DNA of 64,000 nucleotides, taken from Candidatus Latescibacterota bacterium. Lineage in GTDB: Bacteria > Latescibacterota > UBA2968 > UBA8231. The number at the start of each line of letters is the position of its first letter. Position 1 is the stretch's first letter. Both the position numbers and the translations under genes were made by a program. The notes beneath the pieces are model-generated. The model ran no database searches, had not been told where the DNA came from, and was given only the letters and a program-made list of their open reading frames with translations. This document shows, piece by piece, positions 1 through 10,943 of this stretch. The DNA is taken from NCBI GenBank assembly GCA_965206595.1, contig OZ242214.1:6528001-6592000 (forward strand). Reading direction: 5' to 3'.

Positions 1-37
1 CTCTTCGCTTGCCGCCGTCTCCAACGAGGACTTCAAG

Positions 38-2842
38 CTATCGCTCCAGCCCGAAGCGCTCGCTGACGAAGGACCAGTATTGTTCATCGCCTTGCCCCGG
101 AGAGACCAACAAGGATAGCTCGGCCACAAGCTCGCGCGCCCTTTCCATTTCTCCGGCGTAGGCGAAACAGAGAATGCGGAAGTAGAACATGTTCGGTTTG
201 TTGCCTTCCGACTGCTGCGATTGACGGAAGTGGCCCTCGGCCTCGAGGAAGCGCCTGTCGGCCATCAGGCGAAGGCCGAGGTGGTAGTGAACCTTGCCGT
301 CAATCCGGCCGTTTTCCACCAGCTGCTCGATGGCGCCGCTTGTCTCGAGCGCGTCTCCCAGGGTCCAAAGAGCAACCGTGCGCAGGTTCGTATTTGTCAG
401 AACTCGATCCAGGGCAGGCAAGTCGAGAGGGGGTGGCTTGGGGAATTTGATCAGCGCGCGATCGACAAGTGTTTGATAAGCGAAATAAGCCTCCGCGCTT
501 TCCCGCAACTCCGGAGGCAGTCGTTCGGCGAGGTAGCCGCTGGCCCGGTAGCGCGTGATCAGGGCGTGTGGTGCCAGAAGGCTGGCAAAGTAATGGTTGT
601 CGCGTCCGACCTCCCGGCCCAGACGCTGGGGGAAATTGTCTAGCAGCGGCGGCAGATCCCGGGCGAGCTCCTCCAGTTGGTTTGCGTCGGCCACGAAGGT
701 CGTCAGGAGAAGCTCGGGGTTCTCGAAACCCAACAACCTGAGGTCGGTTGCGGTTTTTTCGTCACGCCACTGTCGAGAGAACTCGTGGCCGTTCAGCTCG
801 GTGGATGCATCCCGCGAACCCACGAGCATCAAATTCATCGCTCCTCCGTTCCACAGCGAGCAATCCTCGAATACGTTACAAAAACTCTTGACGATCGAGA
901 GTGCGTCGCCAGCGGCGAGCTGCCAGACGGGCAACCAGTATGTAACATAACCACCTTCCCGGAGACGCCGTTTTAATAAATCGAAATACTCCTGCGTATA
1001 GAGATTCACCACGCCAGCCATCATCAAGGGGGGCGGCTCCGCGGTGATGAGATCGTATTGCTCGTCCGTCGTCAGGAGATAGAAACGTCCATCCTCGATG
1101 AGAACCCGCACCCGCGGGTCGGCGATCGGCGATCGGCGTGGCGCCCCGAAGACGACCTCGCTGAATTCGACGATATCCCTCGAGATGTCCACCACGTCGA
1201 TCTGCTCGATCTCCCGGGCGCTTGTGAGCGCCTCCGCCGTGCTCCCCACGCCGAAGCTGATCAGCAGTGCTTTCTCCACCCGGGGATGAAAGGCCAGGGG
1301 CCAGTAGGCGAAAAATTTCATGTAGCGCTTCGCCAATGGGTTGATAGCGGTCATGGAGTAGCTGTTCGTCATCACCTGAAAGGCGAAGGGAACGTCCAGA
1401 TAGTTGTGCTCCACGTAGATGATGGTTTCGGTCAACCCTTCCTCCGCCGCGACGATACGCGAATCTTTCAGGAGGTAAGGGCGTGCGGTGGTGGGAATGA
1501 AATGGTTCCGCATCAAACCGAAAGGAAAGGCCACGAATGTCAGCAGGGAGAGCAAAGCGAGGACGGCCCAAGGGGGGCTGATTCGCTTGAGCGAGGGCCA
1601 GTACCAATCCCGGGGTGAGAGGAAGGCGGCTGCCGGATAGCAGAGTGCCAACAGGAAGAGGGACAGTTCAATCCCCAACCGGGGCAAGAGAACGAAGCCG
1701 CCCAGGAGCGCCCCGGCCGCGGCCCCCAGGGTATTGAACAAGGTCACCCAGCCCGAGGCACGCGTCTCCTCCGGGCAGTCTTCGAAGACTCCACGTGCCA
1801 GGAAAGTGAACGAGATTCCGGAGACCAGACAGACAGGCAGCATGAGGCGCAGCGACAAGGCGAGCATGTGGGCCAGGTCGCCCGTCCTCGCTCCGCTGTA
1901 TTGCTGCGGCACACCCTCGAAAGCAATGTAAGACCACACAGTGATCAGGCCCGCTCCCAGGGCGAGGTGGCCGTAGTAACGGTAGGCCACCGGGTGAAAG
2001 CGGAGCCATAAAGCGCTGAGCAGACCGCCTGCGCCGATACCAAGCAGCACCACCACCAACATCACGGCGAAGCCGCGAGTCGACGACACAATGAACAATT
2101 GCAGGAACCGGAACCAAACGACCTCCAGCGCCAGCAGGATCCCTCCCGACAGGGCGGCCGCCCCGACAAGTCTTCGGGAACGCCGGGACAGCGAGAGCGA
2201 GACTTGGGGTGAAGCGGGAGACCGGGGTGCTGCCGCGAGGCAGGCCACGGCGAGCGCGATGAGGGCGGCCGCGCCGTTGAGTGATGCGGCAACCAGCGCG
2301 CTTCCGTTTATGCCGAGGTGCGAGATCAGCGCTTCTTCGACCAGGATCGCGCCGCACATGGCACCCAGCGTGTTCCAGCCATAGAGCTTTCCCAGCGTCT
2401 TGGCGAAACTGCGACTCCACTCGTTCAACCCCTTCACCATGACGGGAAGGGTCATGCCCATGGCGGTGGTGGGCAGCAGAAAAAGAACAAAAGCTATCCC
2501 GAAGCGGAGTGGGTTGAGGGCGGCGGATTGACCGAGAAGCGGCCGGAAGATCGGAGCGAATGTCTCGGGAAGTCCCGGGAATTGAACGACCAGCCCGCAA
2601 CCCACGAGGCCGGCGACGACTTCCAGCAGGGCGTAGAAAACTACCGGGCGTCGAATTCGATTTCCAAAACGAATAGAGAGCGCGTTTCCGAGCGCCAGGC
2701 CCCCCATGAAGCTGGACAAGGCCAGGGAGGATGCCCAGACGCTGCTGCCAAAGGTCAGGCCGGCCATGCGGAAGAAGAGGCTCTCGAAAATCAAACCCGC
2801 GGCCCCCGACAGGAAGAACGCCAGGCAAAGCAACACCGTCAT
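38..2842 (-). CDS. Fused MFS-like membrane domain / spermidine synthase-like SAM-fold protein with C-terminal TPR-like helices
   Basis: 934 aa. N-terminal multi-TM region with FFLSGAAGLIFE, MGMTLP and LYGWNTLGAMCG motifs, then ISFGVGST, VDIS, IEDGRFYL, YDLITAEPPP, NLYTQEYF and WLP motifs typical of this fusion family. Confidence 0.85.
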   Translation of the reverse strand: MTVLLCLAFFLSGAAGLIFESLFFRMAGLTFGSSVWASSLALSSFMGGLALGNALSIRFGNRIRRPVVFYALLEVVAGLVGCGLVVQFPGLPETFAPIFRPLLGQSAALNPLRFGIAFVLFLLPTTAMGMTLPVMVKGLNEWSRSFAKTLGKLYGWNTLGAMCGAILVEEALISHLGINGSALVAASLNGAAALIALAVACLAAAPRSPASPQVSLSLSRRSRRLVGAAALSGGILLALEVVWFRFLQLFIVSSTRGFAVMLVVVLLGIGAGGLLSALWLRFHPVAYRYYGHLALGAGLITVWSYIAFEGVPQQYSGARTGDLAHMLALSLRLMLPVCLVSGISFTFLARGVFEDCPEETRASGWVTLFNTLGAAAGALLGGFVLLPRLGIELSLFLLALCYPAAAFLSPRDWYWPSLKRISPPWAVLALLSLLTFVAFPFGLMRNHFIPTTARPYLLKDSRIVAAEEGLTETIIYVEHNYLDVPFAFQVMTNSYSMTAINPLAKRYMKFFAYWPLAFHPRVEKALLISFGVGSTAEALTSAREIEQIDVVDISRDIVEFSEVVFGAPRRSPIADPRVRVLIEDGRFYLLTTDEQYDLITAEPPPLMMAGVVNLYTQEYFDLLKRRLREGGYVTYWLPVWQLAAGDALSIVKSFCNVFEDCSLWNGGAMNLMLVGSRDASTELNGHEFSRQWRDEKTATDLRLLGFENPELLLTTFVADANQLEELARDLPPLLDNFPQRLGREVGRDNHYFASLLAPHALITRYRASGYLAERLPPELRESAEAYFAYQTLVDRALIKFPKPPPLDLPALDRVLTNTNLRTVALWTLGDALETSGAIEQLVENGRIDGKVHYHLGLRLMADRRFLEAEGHFRQSQQSEGNKPNMFYFRILCFAYAGEMERARELVAELSLLVSPGQGDEQYWSFVSERFGLER

Positions 2843-3111
2843 TTTCGACTCGCAAGGAGAAGCGAACGCGCCAAGAGACTACCGAGCGGCATCCGATCGA
2901 AAAAAAGCGTGGCAAAGATGACGACGAACACGCAATTCGCCTCGTGCAGGTATCTTCGATTTTCGATCAGACAATCGATTCGACTCTCCTCTCGTAGCCC
3001 AGCGTGAGCTGCGCCGAAACCTGGGTACTCATGCTTATATTCGATGCTGTGGCTGCAGGCGAAAGCATAATCATATTCGCACCCCGTCTTTTCCCGGATA
3101 GGCAAACCCCT

Positions 3112-3597
3112 GTGACAAACCTTTTCAGAATCGCCGTTTGCGTGCTCGCCGCGGTCGCTTGCGGCGAGCCGGAGTACCTCGACGTCGGAAGAGTGCTGAA
3201 CAAGACCGAAGCGGAGTTGGAGGCGGCCTTCGGTAAGCCCGATACGTGGAACGCCAAGGATGACCGTACCAATCTCCTGCAATGGAAGAATATTGACGGA
3301 GACAGCACCCGGGTGGTTCTCGTCACCAAAGACAGTCTGTCCTGCTACGTGACCTACTCCTTCAAGGGCATGGAGCCTTTCGATCAGAAGAAGGCGCTCG
3401 CGAAGGTGGGAATTTCGTGGCCGCAGGCGGAGCCGCAACATGAGTGGGAAAACGGCTCGAAGCGCTGGATGCCGTACGGTGAGTACGAGAAGCTCGTAAT
3501 CGGCCACAGGGAAAAAGCCGTCACCGTGGCTCTCGAAACTCCCTTCTCGCTCTCCGCTCCGAGTAAAACAGCGACTGGACCCGGTGCGGACGAATGA
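3112..3597 (+). CDS. Hypothetical lipoprotein
   Basis: A GTG at 3112 gives MTNLFRIAVCVLAAVA-C-GEPE, a signal peptide II-like N-terminus with a lipobox Cys. The ORF track starts upstream at 3004. Confidence 0.6.
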   Translation: MTNLFRIAVCVLAAVACGEPEYLDVGRVLNKTEAELEAAFGKPDTWNAKDDRTNLLQWKNIDGDSTRVVLVTKDSLSCYVTYSFKGMEPFDQKKALAKVGISWPQAEPQHEWENGSKRWMPYGEYEKLVIGHREKAVTVALETPFSLSAPSKTATGPGADE

Positions 3598-3630
3598 CCA
3601 TCGCACACCATGACCGACTCCTGTCGCAGA

Positions 3631-5151
3631 CTATTTCCAGATACTACGCATCTGGTGAACGATCATTTTTTTGATGCGAGCGGCCCCTCCTTGTGCTCTC
3701 AAAGATATTCCGGTGCTGTCGGGTCGAGACGGATGAACCCTGAGGGTGACGCACTGCAATCCGTTGACGAAGACCTCGATGATGCTCCGGTCCACGAAAA
3801 TGCGGCAGTTGATAATTCGGTCCTCCTCCAGTTGCACTTCCATTGATTCGGGTATCCTCGCATTTACGTCATCCCTGAGCGAAGATCGGGATGGGTCGAC
3901 GAGCACCTTCGCGAGGTTCTCCGTTCTGCCTCCGGCGTCGATGTAGAAGCACACAGGTGTATACTCTTCTCTGGCGGGCGACTGAAGAACGTTCAGGCAC
4001 ACCATCCTGGCCGCCAGAGGATCTATCTCCGTCTCGATCTCTATAGTATTTCCACAGGCTTCATGCAACGGGACATCCTCATTTGCCGGAAGGCTTACGG
4101 TCCCTATATCCCGCGAAGCATGGCGCAAGGTCTTCGCTGCTTCTGCTGGTTGGATGCCCAACGTGTTGTCCGCCCGAAGTGTGAATTGGCGCGGCAGCGT
4201 CATGATGGATCGAATGCGACCGACATCACGCTCTCTGCACTCTTTGGCGTTGAATATCGCGTAGCATCCCCCGTCACTTGTGGGCAATATGCTCGGTGCG
4301 TGAATACTGCCGCGAAGGACCTCACCACCCGTGAAGCGCCCGTGAGTGAGCGGTGTAAAGCGTCTCAGCGTCCGGTCGTAGTCGCCGATGAAGTACCCCG
4401 ATGAGCTTTTGTGGCTGAAGTAGCAGTACAGGTATTTATCGCCGATCGGACAGAAATAGGGGCAGGATCCGTCATCGTGCGGAACTGTGTGAATCTCGTC
4501 GTCGAGGAATCTTCCAAGATAGATCCAGCGGCTCAGGTCCTGGGAGAAGAACAGACGCGCCGTCAGGTGGAACGGCTGATCGACTGATTCACGCCCCCGG
4601 CCTCCCACCAAGGCAAAGTACCCCACCCCCTCCTCTTTCCATATGCACGGGTCGCCGCCGCCTTCCCGGTAGCCCGTCTCATCCGCGTCGACCGCAGGAA
4701 TCACCGGATTGTCAGGGTGCTTCTCCCAGTTCAGCAGCAGCGGGTCTTTCGAAGTGGCGACCATGCTTCCCTGCTTCGTACCGTAATAGAGTGCAACTAC
4801 CCGGTCGCCTTCGACACAGGTAGTCCCGCTGAAACAGCAGTCTTCGATTGAGGGAGATATGGCGGGGGGCAGGTCGCTCCAGTGGATCAAGTCGTCGCTC
4901 ACCGTGTGACCCCATTGCACTCGCGACTCCCCTTCGGGCCGGAACTGATAGAAGAGGTGGTACTTGCCGTGCCAGAAACAGAGACCGTTGGGGTCGTTGA
5001 GCCACCCTTCCGGTGGAGAGAAGTGATACGCCGGCAGAAGGGGATCTTGCGCATGGAGCCTTCTCCGTGATGCCCCGAACCTTTCTATCGTGGCGTCGTC
5101 CTTCAGCCGCTCCAGTTGCTCGTCCATATCGGGATGTTGCCCTGAACCCAT
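3631..5151 (-). CDS. Glycoside hydrolase family 32-like protein
   Basis: YHFSPPEGWLNDPNG, YHLFYQ, WGHTVSDDLIHW, FSGT and a C-terminal IFVDRSIIEVFVN beta-sandwich. AGGAGG RBS upstream of the ATG. Confidence 0.85.
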   Translation of the reverse strand: MGSGQHPDMDEQLERLKDDATIERFGASRRRLHAQDPLLPAYHFSPPEGWLNDPNGLCFWHGKYHLFYQFRPEGESRVQWGHTVSDDLIHWSDLPPAISPSIEDCCFSGTTCVEGDRVVALYYGTKQGSMVATSKDPLLLNWEKHPDNPVIPAVDADETGYREGGGDPCIWKEEGVGYFALVGGRGRESVDQPFHLTARLFFSQDLSRWIYLGRFLDDEIHTVPHDDGSCPYFCPIGDKYLYCYFSHKSSSGYFIGDYDRTLRRFTPLTHGRFTGGEVLRGSIHAPSILPTSDGGCYAIFNAKECRERDVGRIRSIMTLPRQFTLRADNTLGIQPAEAAKTLRHASRDIGTVSLPANEDVPLHEACGNTIEIETEIDPLAARMVCLNVLQSPAREEYTPVCFYIDAGGRTENLAKVLVDPSRSSLRDDVNARIPESMEVQLEEDRIINCRIFVDRSIIEVFVNGLQCVTLRVHPSRPDSTGISLRAQGGAARIKKMIVHQMRSIWK

Positions 5152-5356
5152 TTTGATTCCTCCTGTTGCCTAGCGTGGTCTGAAGGGCGCTGCACCGGGG
5201 CGGGGGCCGGTACCAGCCGCCGCGCGCGCGGCAGGATCTTCGCTGCGATAAAGCTCGCCGCCGCCGCTCTGCTGCCAGCGTTCGAGCCGGGAATCGGCAG
5301 CGAAAGGCCAACCCGCACCAAAACGCTCGTGAACACAGATGGCCGATCCCATGGTC

Positions 5357-6202
5357 TTAGCCTTCCTTCCCGGCGTACTCCGCCCACAGTCTGTCGATCC
5401 GCTCGGCGGGAATCGAGCCGCTGTGCAGGATCAAGCGATATCGGTGACGCATCGCTGCCCCGGCCGGCAAGTCGATGGCCTCGGGGATGCACGGAGCCGG
5501 GTTGATACCGCGCTGCCCATCCACGCGCCACTTTACGGGGTGTCCGGGGTTACCGGGATGATCGCAAATCGTGATGCCGCCACCGATCGCGCTATTCTCC
5601 AAAGGCATGTGCAGGTCGACCCATCTGGCGGCCTGCTGCTCAGTATCGTCATCCTGCCTGCCGGCGGCGTTGAGAACGCTGGCACCACTGCCCCGCCGGA
5701 ATGGCATGCGGATGAACAGGCCACCGTAGGAGTGCTGCGCAATCTGCACGTCAGGGATCGCTTGCAGCGTCCAGTTCAAATCTAAAAACAGCAGCTCGTC
5801 AGCCTCGAGCAGGGACCAGATTTGCTGTTCTGTCAGGAGGAGGTTACCGTCTGCATGCCGCCAGATGGCTTCGATGGTCCAGCATGGCGGCTCCGTTCCA
5901 GAGACCCGCGGCGCGCTGGGCTCGATCGTACCGATCAGGTGTTCGGGGTGCTGTCCGGGATCGAGCCAGAAGTCGCAGCCGTTGACGCCGTGAAAGCCGG
6001 TCTGGATGCCATGCTGCCAGGGATGGTGCCAGGGACTGTCCTCAGTCAGGCAGGCGGTGCCGTCCCCGATGCGCAACGGGTGAATGTAGGGCCGCAGACC
6101 CGGGCGGGCGTTGTGCTGCAGCACCACCTTGCCCAGCGAAACGTCATCGACGAACAGGCAATTGTTTTCGGTGCGAAGCTTCCAGCGTGCAGTGACAGCC
6201 AT
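5357..6202 (-). CDS. DUF6807 / 'PmoA-family' carbohydrate-associated beta-sandwich protein
   Basis: RPYIHPL, HHPWQHGI, VNGCDFW, YGGLFIRM and DHPGNPGHP motifs. Soluble, with no TM segments. Confidence 0.7.
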   Translation of the reverse strand: MAVTARWKLRTENNCLFVDDVSLGKVVLQHNARPGLRPYIHPLRIGDGTACLTEDSPWHHPWQHGIQTGFHGVNGCDFWLDPGQHPEHLIGTIEPSAPRVSGTEPPCWTIEAIWRHADGNLLLTEQQIWSLLEADELLFLDLNWTLQAIPDVQIAQHSYGGLFIRMPFRRGSGASVLNAAGRQDDDTEQQAARWVDLHMPLENSAIGGGITICDHPGNPGHPVKWRVDGQRGINPAPCIPEAIDLPAGAAMRHRYRLILHSGSIPAERIDRLWAEYAGKEG

Positions 6203-6314
6203 GGGTGTTCTCTCTTATGTGTGTAACTCACACCTGCCTCTTTCCAAAGGTGATGAGCAGGGAGCCAACATCAAATAACTGCCACAGGTCACCAATTTTC
6301 GAAGGAGCGTAAGC

Positions 6315-7763
6315 TTGCGTTCACCAAACCTGATTTTCCTCATATCGGATCAGCAGCAGGCTGGCACTGTCCACCCTGGCTCAATTTGCCAAACGCCCAA
6401 TCTGGATTCGCTGGCCGCGGAGGGGGTTCGCTTTGAGCGATGCTACTCAGCCAACGTGCTCTGTTCCCCCAGCCGTGCCAGCATTCTGACCGGGCTGTTG
6501 CCTCACGACCATGGCGTCGTGGATTGTACCCACGCCGTCGAGCCGCCCAGGGCCAATCTCAAGGAAGGGCTGTCCTTCTGGACGCGCTCGCTCAAAGAGG
6601 CGGGCTATCGCCAGGGTTATTTCGGCAAGTGGCACGTCGAGCGTACCAACCTGCTGGAAAACTTCGGTTTTGATACCTACGAAGTTCGGGGAGAACCGGA
6701 GAATCAACGCAAATATCAGGAACATCGCCAAGCGCTGGGCCTGCAGGACAGGCCGGAGTTGACGGATTCACACTACGCGCATCACAAAGGCTATCGGGAC
6801 CTGTTGCTTTACGGCGTCACCGATGAGCCGGTTGAGGGCACGATGGAGTACTACCTGTGTTCGCGCGGCATTGATTTCCTCAAGGAAGCAGCCAACAAAT
6901 CGCCTCACCCCTGGGCTTTGTTTCTCAGCGTTCCGGGGCCGCACGATCCCTACATCGCGCCCAGGTCCTTCTATGAGCGCTACGATCCGGCCTCTATCCC
7001 CAAACCGGCCAGCTTTGCGGACGACCTCGCGGACAGGCCGGGGATCTACAGGCGTATCCAGAGTGTGTGGCATGATATGGACTGGCAGAGCTTCGCTCAG
7101 GCAACGGCCTGTTATTATGCCATCTGTACGATGATCGACGACCAGGTGGGGCGACTCCTGGCCGCGCTCACGGAAACGGGCGAGGAGGAAGACACCATTA
7201 TCATCTACCTGTCCGACCACGGAGATTATATGGGCGCCCACCGCTTGCTGTTGAAGGGTATTCCCCCGTTTGAAGAGGTCTACCGGGTGCCTCTGATCAT
7301 GAAAGGCCCGGGACTGCCCCAAGGTCGGATTAGCGCGGACGTCGTGAGTACCATGGACCTGGCCCCGACGCTGGTCGAGTTACTGCTGGGAAAGGACTTC
7401 CCTTGTCAGGGGCGCTCCCTGGTGCCACGCCTCAACGATGAGGCCGACTGGGAGCAGGAAGCCTTCGCCGAGTGCCACGGCGTACGCTTCAACTATACCC
7501 AGAGGATTCTGTGGCGAGACCGCTACAAGTATATCTTCAACGGGTTCGACGAAGATGAGCTGTATGACCTGGAGGCAGATCCACACGAGATTCGCAACTT
7601 GGCTAAAGATCCTTCGTCCGGGCCTCTAGCCGAGGAGATGGCCACCCGAATGTGGGAGATCATCACCGAGACCGGGGACTTCAACCTCTACCAGTCCCAC
7701 TATGGAATGTATCGGTATGCGCCGGTTGGTCCTCAGCTGGCTGCCGCGGATAAAAATCCATGA
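6315..7763 (+). CDS. Formylglycine-dependent sulfatase (arylsulfatase/choline-sulfatase-like)
   Basis: PNLIFLISDQ, CSPSRASILTG (CxPxR), GKWH, GPHDP, SDHGD and ELYDLEADPHE motifs. Confidence 0.92.
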   Translation: MRSPNLIFLISDQQQAGTVHPGSICQTPNLDSLAAEGVRFERCYSANVLCSPSRASILTGLLPHDHGVVDCTHAVEPPRANLKEGLSFWTRSLKEAGYRQGYFGKWHVERTNLLENFGFDTYEVRGEPENQRKYQEHRQALGLQDRPELTDSHYAHHKGYRDLLLYGVTDEPVEGTMEYYLCSRGIDFLKEAANKSPHPWALFLSVPGPHDPYIAPRSFYERYDPASIPKPASFADDLADRPGIYRRIQSVWHDMDWQSFAQATACYYAICTMIDDQVGRLLAALTETGEEEDTIIIYLSDHGDYMGAHRLLLKGIPPFEEVYRVPLIMKGPGLPQGRISADVVSTMDLAPTLVELLLGKDFPCQGRSLVPRLNDEADWEQEAFAECHGVRFNYTQRILWRDRYKYIFNGFDEDELYDLEADPHEIRNLAKDPSSGPLAEEMATRMWEIITETGDFNLYQSHYGMYRYAPVGPQLAAADKNP

Positions 7764-7856
7764 GGTGCCATAGCGTCCGAGCCTGCATGCATCGCAACAG
7801 CTTCGCGGCTGTCAAAAAAACGGGGTCGTTCCCGGTGACTTCGAACAAGAACCTTC

Positions 7857-10800
7857 TCACAAACCCCTCTCGTCCAGGTAGCCCAGGTTGATCCGCGCCG
7901 AGCGCAGATTCGGGTCGGCAACCAGTGCCTGCTCCCATGCGGCTCTCGCTTCGGCGTAACGCTTCTTGTGAAAGTAGATCCCTCCCATGTTGCTGTGGGC
8001 TTTGGCATGCCCGGGCGCCAGCTCTATAACCCGTTTGAAACTCACCAGTGCCTTGTCGATCCGAGCGTTCGAACCGTAGAGTTTGCCCTTACTGTCGTAC
8101 TGGCAGACTACACCGAGGTTGTAGTGCGCCTGCACGTACCCCTCCCGGAGTGAGATCGCCTTCTCGTATGCGGCGACGGCCTGATCGAGAGCAAGCCCGG
8201 GGCCGTACCGTCTGCCCTCGGCGTTGTATTCGTTGACCACGCCCAGGTGGTAGTACGCCTCCGCGTTCTCCGGTTCCAACGCCGCCGCCCGTGCGAAAGC
8301 CTTCAACGCCTCGGCGAAAGCCCCCTCAGTCAAAAAGCTGTTGCCCCGCAGGATGTAGGCCCTGGCATCCCTGGCCTCCGCGGTGGCATGCTGAACCTCC
8401 CTGCGCTCCCTGCGGGCGCGGGCGAGCCAGTAGTGCGCCCGCCTGTCCTCCGGGTGGACTTGCAGCATCTGCCGGAACAATCCCTCTCCATAGCTCAGCA
8501 GACCACTCTCTTCTGCTTGCGCCAGGCCGGCCAGGAGCAGGTCGGTCGCCTGGGAATAGCGTTGCCACGTCGCCTGCGTTTCTTCCAACTCAGGCTCGGT
8601 CATCCCCTTCAAGTGCCGGCGGACGTCTCCTCTGAGCCGGGCTACGGCGCGCAGATTGGCGGCGCGATTATTTGCCGTCTCGCGCGCCAGCCCCCGCGGC
8701 GTCCGGAACTCGATGTAGGGATGATTCCAGCTGCTCAACGGGCCGCTGCCGGCAAACTTGCGGATATCCGCCAGCGCTCCCCGGTAGCCGTTGAGCAGCG
8801 CCCACGGATGCGCCAGCCCGAAGCGGGCGAGGTCCTTGCGCACCCCGGGACGCCGCAAGCGGTTCAAGAGCCGATCCATGTCGATCTCCAGCTGCTGCCG
8901 GGTGCCGATCAACAGGGTGTGCTTGCCGGGAAAGAACCAGACGGACCCGTAGGGGAAGACCTCGGCAAAGGTCCTCAGTACCATGCGGTAGCTGTCCTGG
9001 GGCAGATGCAGCGGAATCCACTGCACCATCATGCCTTCATCCGTGAGCTGTTCCAGGCACAGGCGGTAATAATCACTCGACAAAAAGACCGCATTGCCGG
9101 TGTAGCCCGGATTGAGCTTGGCGTCCGAAGAGATCACGTCATACTTGATCTCGGAGGTCAACAAATAGTTGATGCCGTCCGCGACCACCACGTCGACCTG
9201 CGGCTGCTTCAGCGCCCGGCGGTTGTGTTCCCCGAAGTACAGCGCCCCTTCCACCACCCCCGGCACGATTTCAACGGCGTCGATGCGCTCCACTTCCTCG
9301 TAGGCGGTCATGGCGCCCACCGTGATACCGCTGCCCAGGCCGATCACCAGAACCGATTCGGGCTCGGGAGCCAGCAGCAGTGGCAAGTGAGCCAGCAAGC
9401 GTTGCTTGGCGTCCAGATCGTCCCGGGTATCGCCGATGGTGTTGCCGTCCACACTGATGAGCAGATGGCCGTCCGGCTTGCGGAAGACCTTGACGGTGCC
9501 GGCGCGGTCTTCCTGGTAGAAGAGCACCGTATCCCGTCTGTCCTCGAAGTCGCTGCGAAGCACGAAGCGGGAGGGAAGGCAGACGACGGCGAGAAGGACC
9601 GTGGCGGCCAGGGCCGGCGCCGCGAGAAAGCGCAGTCTGTTCGCCGAGGCGCGATGGGCCAACAGGACCAACAGGCCCACCGCGGCATTGATCGAGGCCA
9701 GGCAGATGATCGCTCCCTGCACCCCGAGCCACGACAGCAAAGCAAAACCGGCAACGAAGGCTCCCAGGATGGCGCCCAGGGTGTTCACCGAATAGACCGC
9801 GCCGATATCCTGTCCCACTTCCCGCACGGAACGCACGTAAGCCTTGCCGGCGAGGGGAAAGGTCGCCCCCATCAGCAAAGTCGGAACGAACATCACCGCA
9901 AACGACGCCTCGAACATCTTCCCGATGTCGCCCAACCAGCCCGAGGCAGCCTGTTCCCGCATCACCCACAGACCCTCCGACTCCAGGGTTCCTCTCAACA
10001 CCGCCATGCCCGCGAGCGCCGACAGGCCGATGAGGATCTCTACCACGGCGAACGCCCCGACCGGATCGTCATGCCGGTCCACGAGCTTGCCGGAAACGAA
10101 GCTGCCCAGGGCCAACCCCAGCAGGAAGGTGGTCAGCATGGCGCTGAAGGCGTAGGTCGAATTGCCCACGAAGAATACCAGCAGACGGGCCCAGATCACT
10201 TCGTATCCCAGCGAGACAAACCCCGAAACCCCGAAGGCGCACAGGATCAGCAGCGCCAGGCCCGAAACTCCGCAACGCCGCTCCCGTTTCGGCGCTGCTG
10301 GCTGCGCCTCCTGGCCGCTCCTGGCGACGACGGCATCGAGCAGGAGTGTTCCCGCGGCCACGAGCAGATTGATCACGGCGGCGATGTAGACCGTCTCCAC
10401 GACGCCAACGGTTCCAATCAGCACGAACCCGGCGGCAAAGCAGCCGACCACTGCTCCCAGTGTGTTCAGCGCGTAGAGCGTCCCCACATTGTTCCCCAGC
10501 ACTTCCTTGCGTTCCACCAGGAACTTGCTGAGGACCGGAAGGGTGCCGCCCATCAGGGTGGTGGGGATTGCCAGCAGCGCAAGGCACACGCCGAACCGCG
10601 CCAGCGAGAGCGCCGGCTCGAAATCGCCCAGAAGACGGGTCAATCCGATGTAGACCGGACTGAATGCCTGCAGCAGCGTCGGCATGGCCAGGCCGCAAAG
10701 CCCGATCCCTATCTCCAGGTATGCATAGATCTTGAGGGCGTCCGTGCGGCGGTCGACAACGCGGCCGAAGGAGAAGCTGCCCAGGGCCAGGCCAGCCATG

Positions 10801-10943
10801 AACGCGGTCAGGACGGTGCTCACGGCGAGCACGGTGCTGCCCAGCACGAAGCCCAGCATGCGCACCCAGACCACCTGGTAGATCAGTCCGCATCCTCCGG
10901 AGAGGAAGAACAGCAGCAACAGGGTCGGCCTGGCGGATCTCAT
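7857..10943 (-). CDS. Fused MFS-like / spermidine synthase-like protein with C-terminal TPR repeats
   Basis: 1028 aa. FFLSGGCGLIYQVVW, MGGTLP, YALNTLGAVVG, VIGLGSGIT, VEIVPGV, ADGINYL and QWIP motifs, plus several TPR repeats (NAEAYYHLG, HAKAHSNMG). Confidence 0.88.
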   Translation of the reverse strand: MRSARPTLLLLFFLSGGCGLIYQVVWVRMLGFVLGSTVLAVSTVLTAFMAGLALGSFSFGRVVDRRTDALKIYAYLEIGIGLCGLAMPTLLQAFSPVYIGLTRLLGDFEPALSLARFGVCLALLAIPTTLMGGTLPVLSKFLVERKEVLGNNVGTLYALNTLGAVVGCFAAGFVLIGTVGVVETVYIAAVINLLVAAGTLLLDAVVARSGQEAQPAAPKRERRCGVSGLALLILCAFGVSGFVSLGYEVIWARLLVFFVGNSTYAFSAMLTTFLLGLALGSFVSGKLVDRHDDPVGAFAVVEILIGLSALAGMAVLRGTLESEGLWVMREQAASGWLGDIGKMFEASFAVMFVPTLLMGATFPLAGKAYVRSVREVGQDIGAVYSVNTLGAILGAFVAGFALLSWLGVQGAIICLASINAAVGLLVLLAHRASANRLRFLAAPALAATVLLAVVCLPSRFVLRSDFEDRRDTVLFYQEDRAGTVKVFRKPDGHLLISVDGNTIGDTRDDLDAKQRLLAHLPLLLAPEPESVLVIGLGSGITVGAMTAYEEVERIDAVEIVPGVVEGALYFGEHNRRALKQPQVDVVVADGINYLLTSEIKYDVISSDAKLNPGYTGNAVFLSSDYYRLCLEQLTDEGMMVQWIPLHLPQDSYRMVLRTFAEVFPYGSVWFFPGKHTLLIGTRQQLEIDMDRLLNRLRRPGVRKDLARFGLAHPWALLNGYRGALADIRKFAGSGPLSSWNHPYIEFRTPRGLARETANNRAANLRAVARLRGDVRRHLKGMTEPELEETQATWQRYSQATDLLLAGLAQAEESGLLSYGEGLFRQMLQVHPEDRRAHYWLARARRERREVQHATAEARDARAYILRGNSFLTEGAFAEALKAFARAAALEPENAEAYYHLGVVNEYNAEGRRYGPGLALDQAVAAYEKAISLREGYVQAHYNLGVVCQYDSKGKLYGSNARIDKALVSFKRVIELAPGHAKAHSNMGGIYFHKKRYAEARAAWEQALVADPNLRSARINLGYLDERGL

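Noticed and set aside
5357-6202. Methane monooxygenase (from the 'PmoA' family label)
   Set aside because: The protein is soluble with no TM helices and there are no pmoB/pmoC genes. The family name is misleading.
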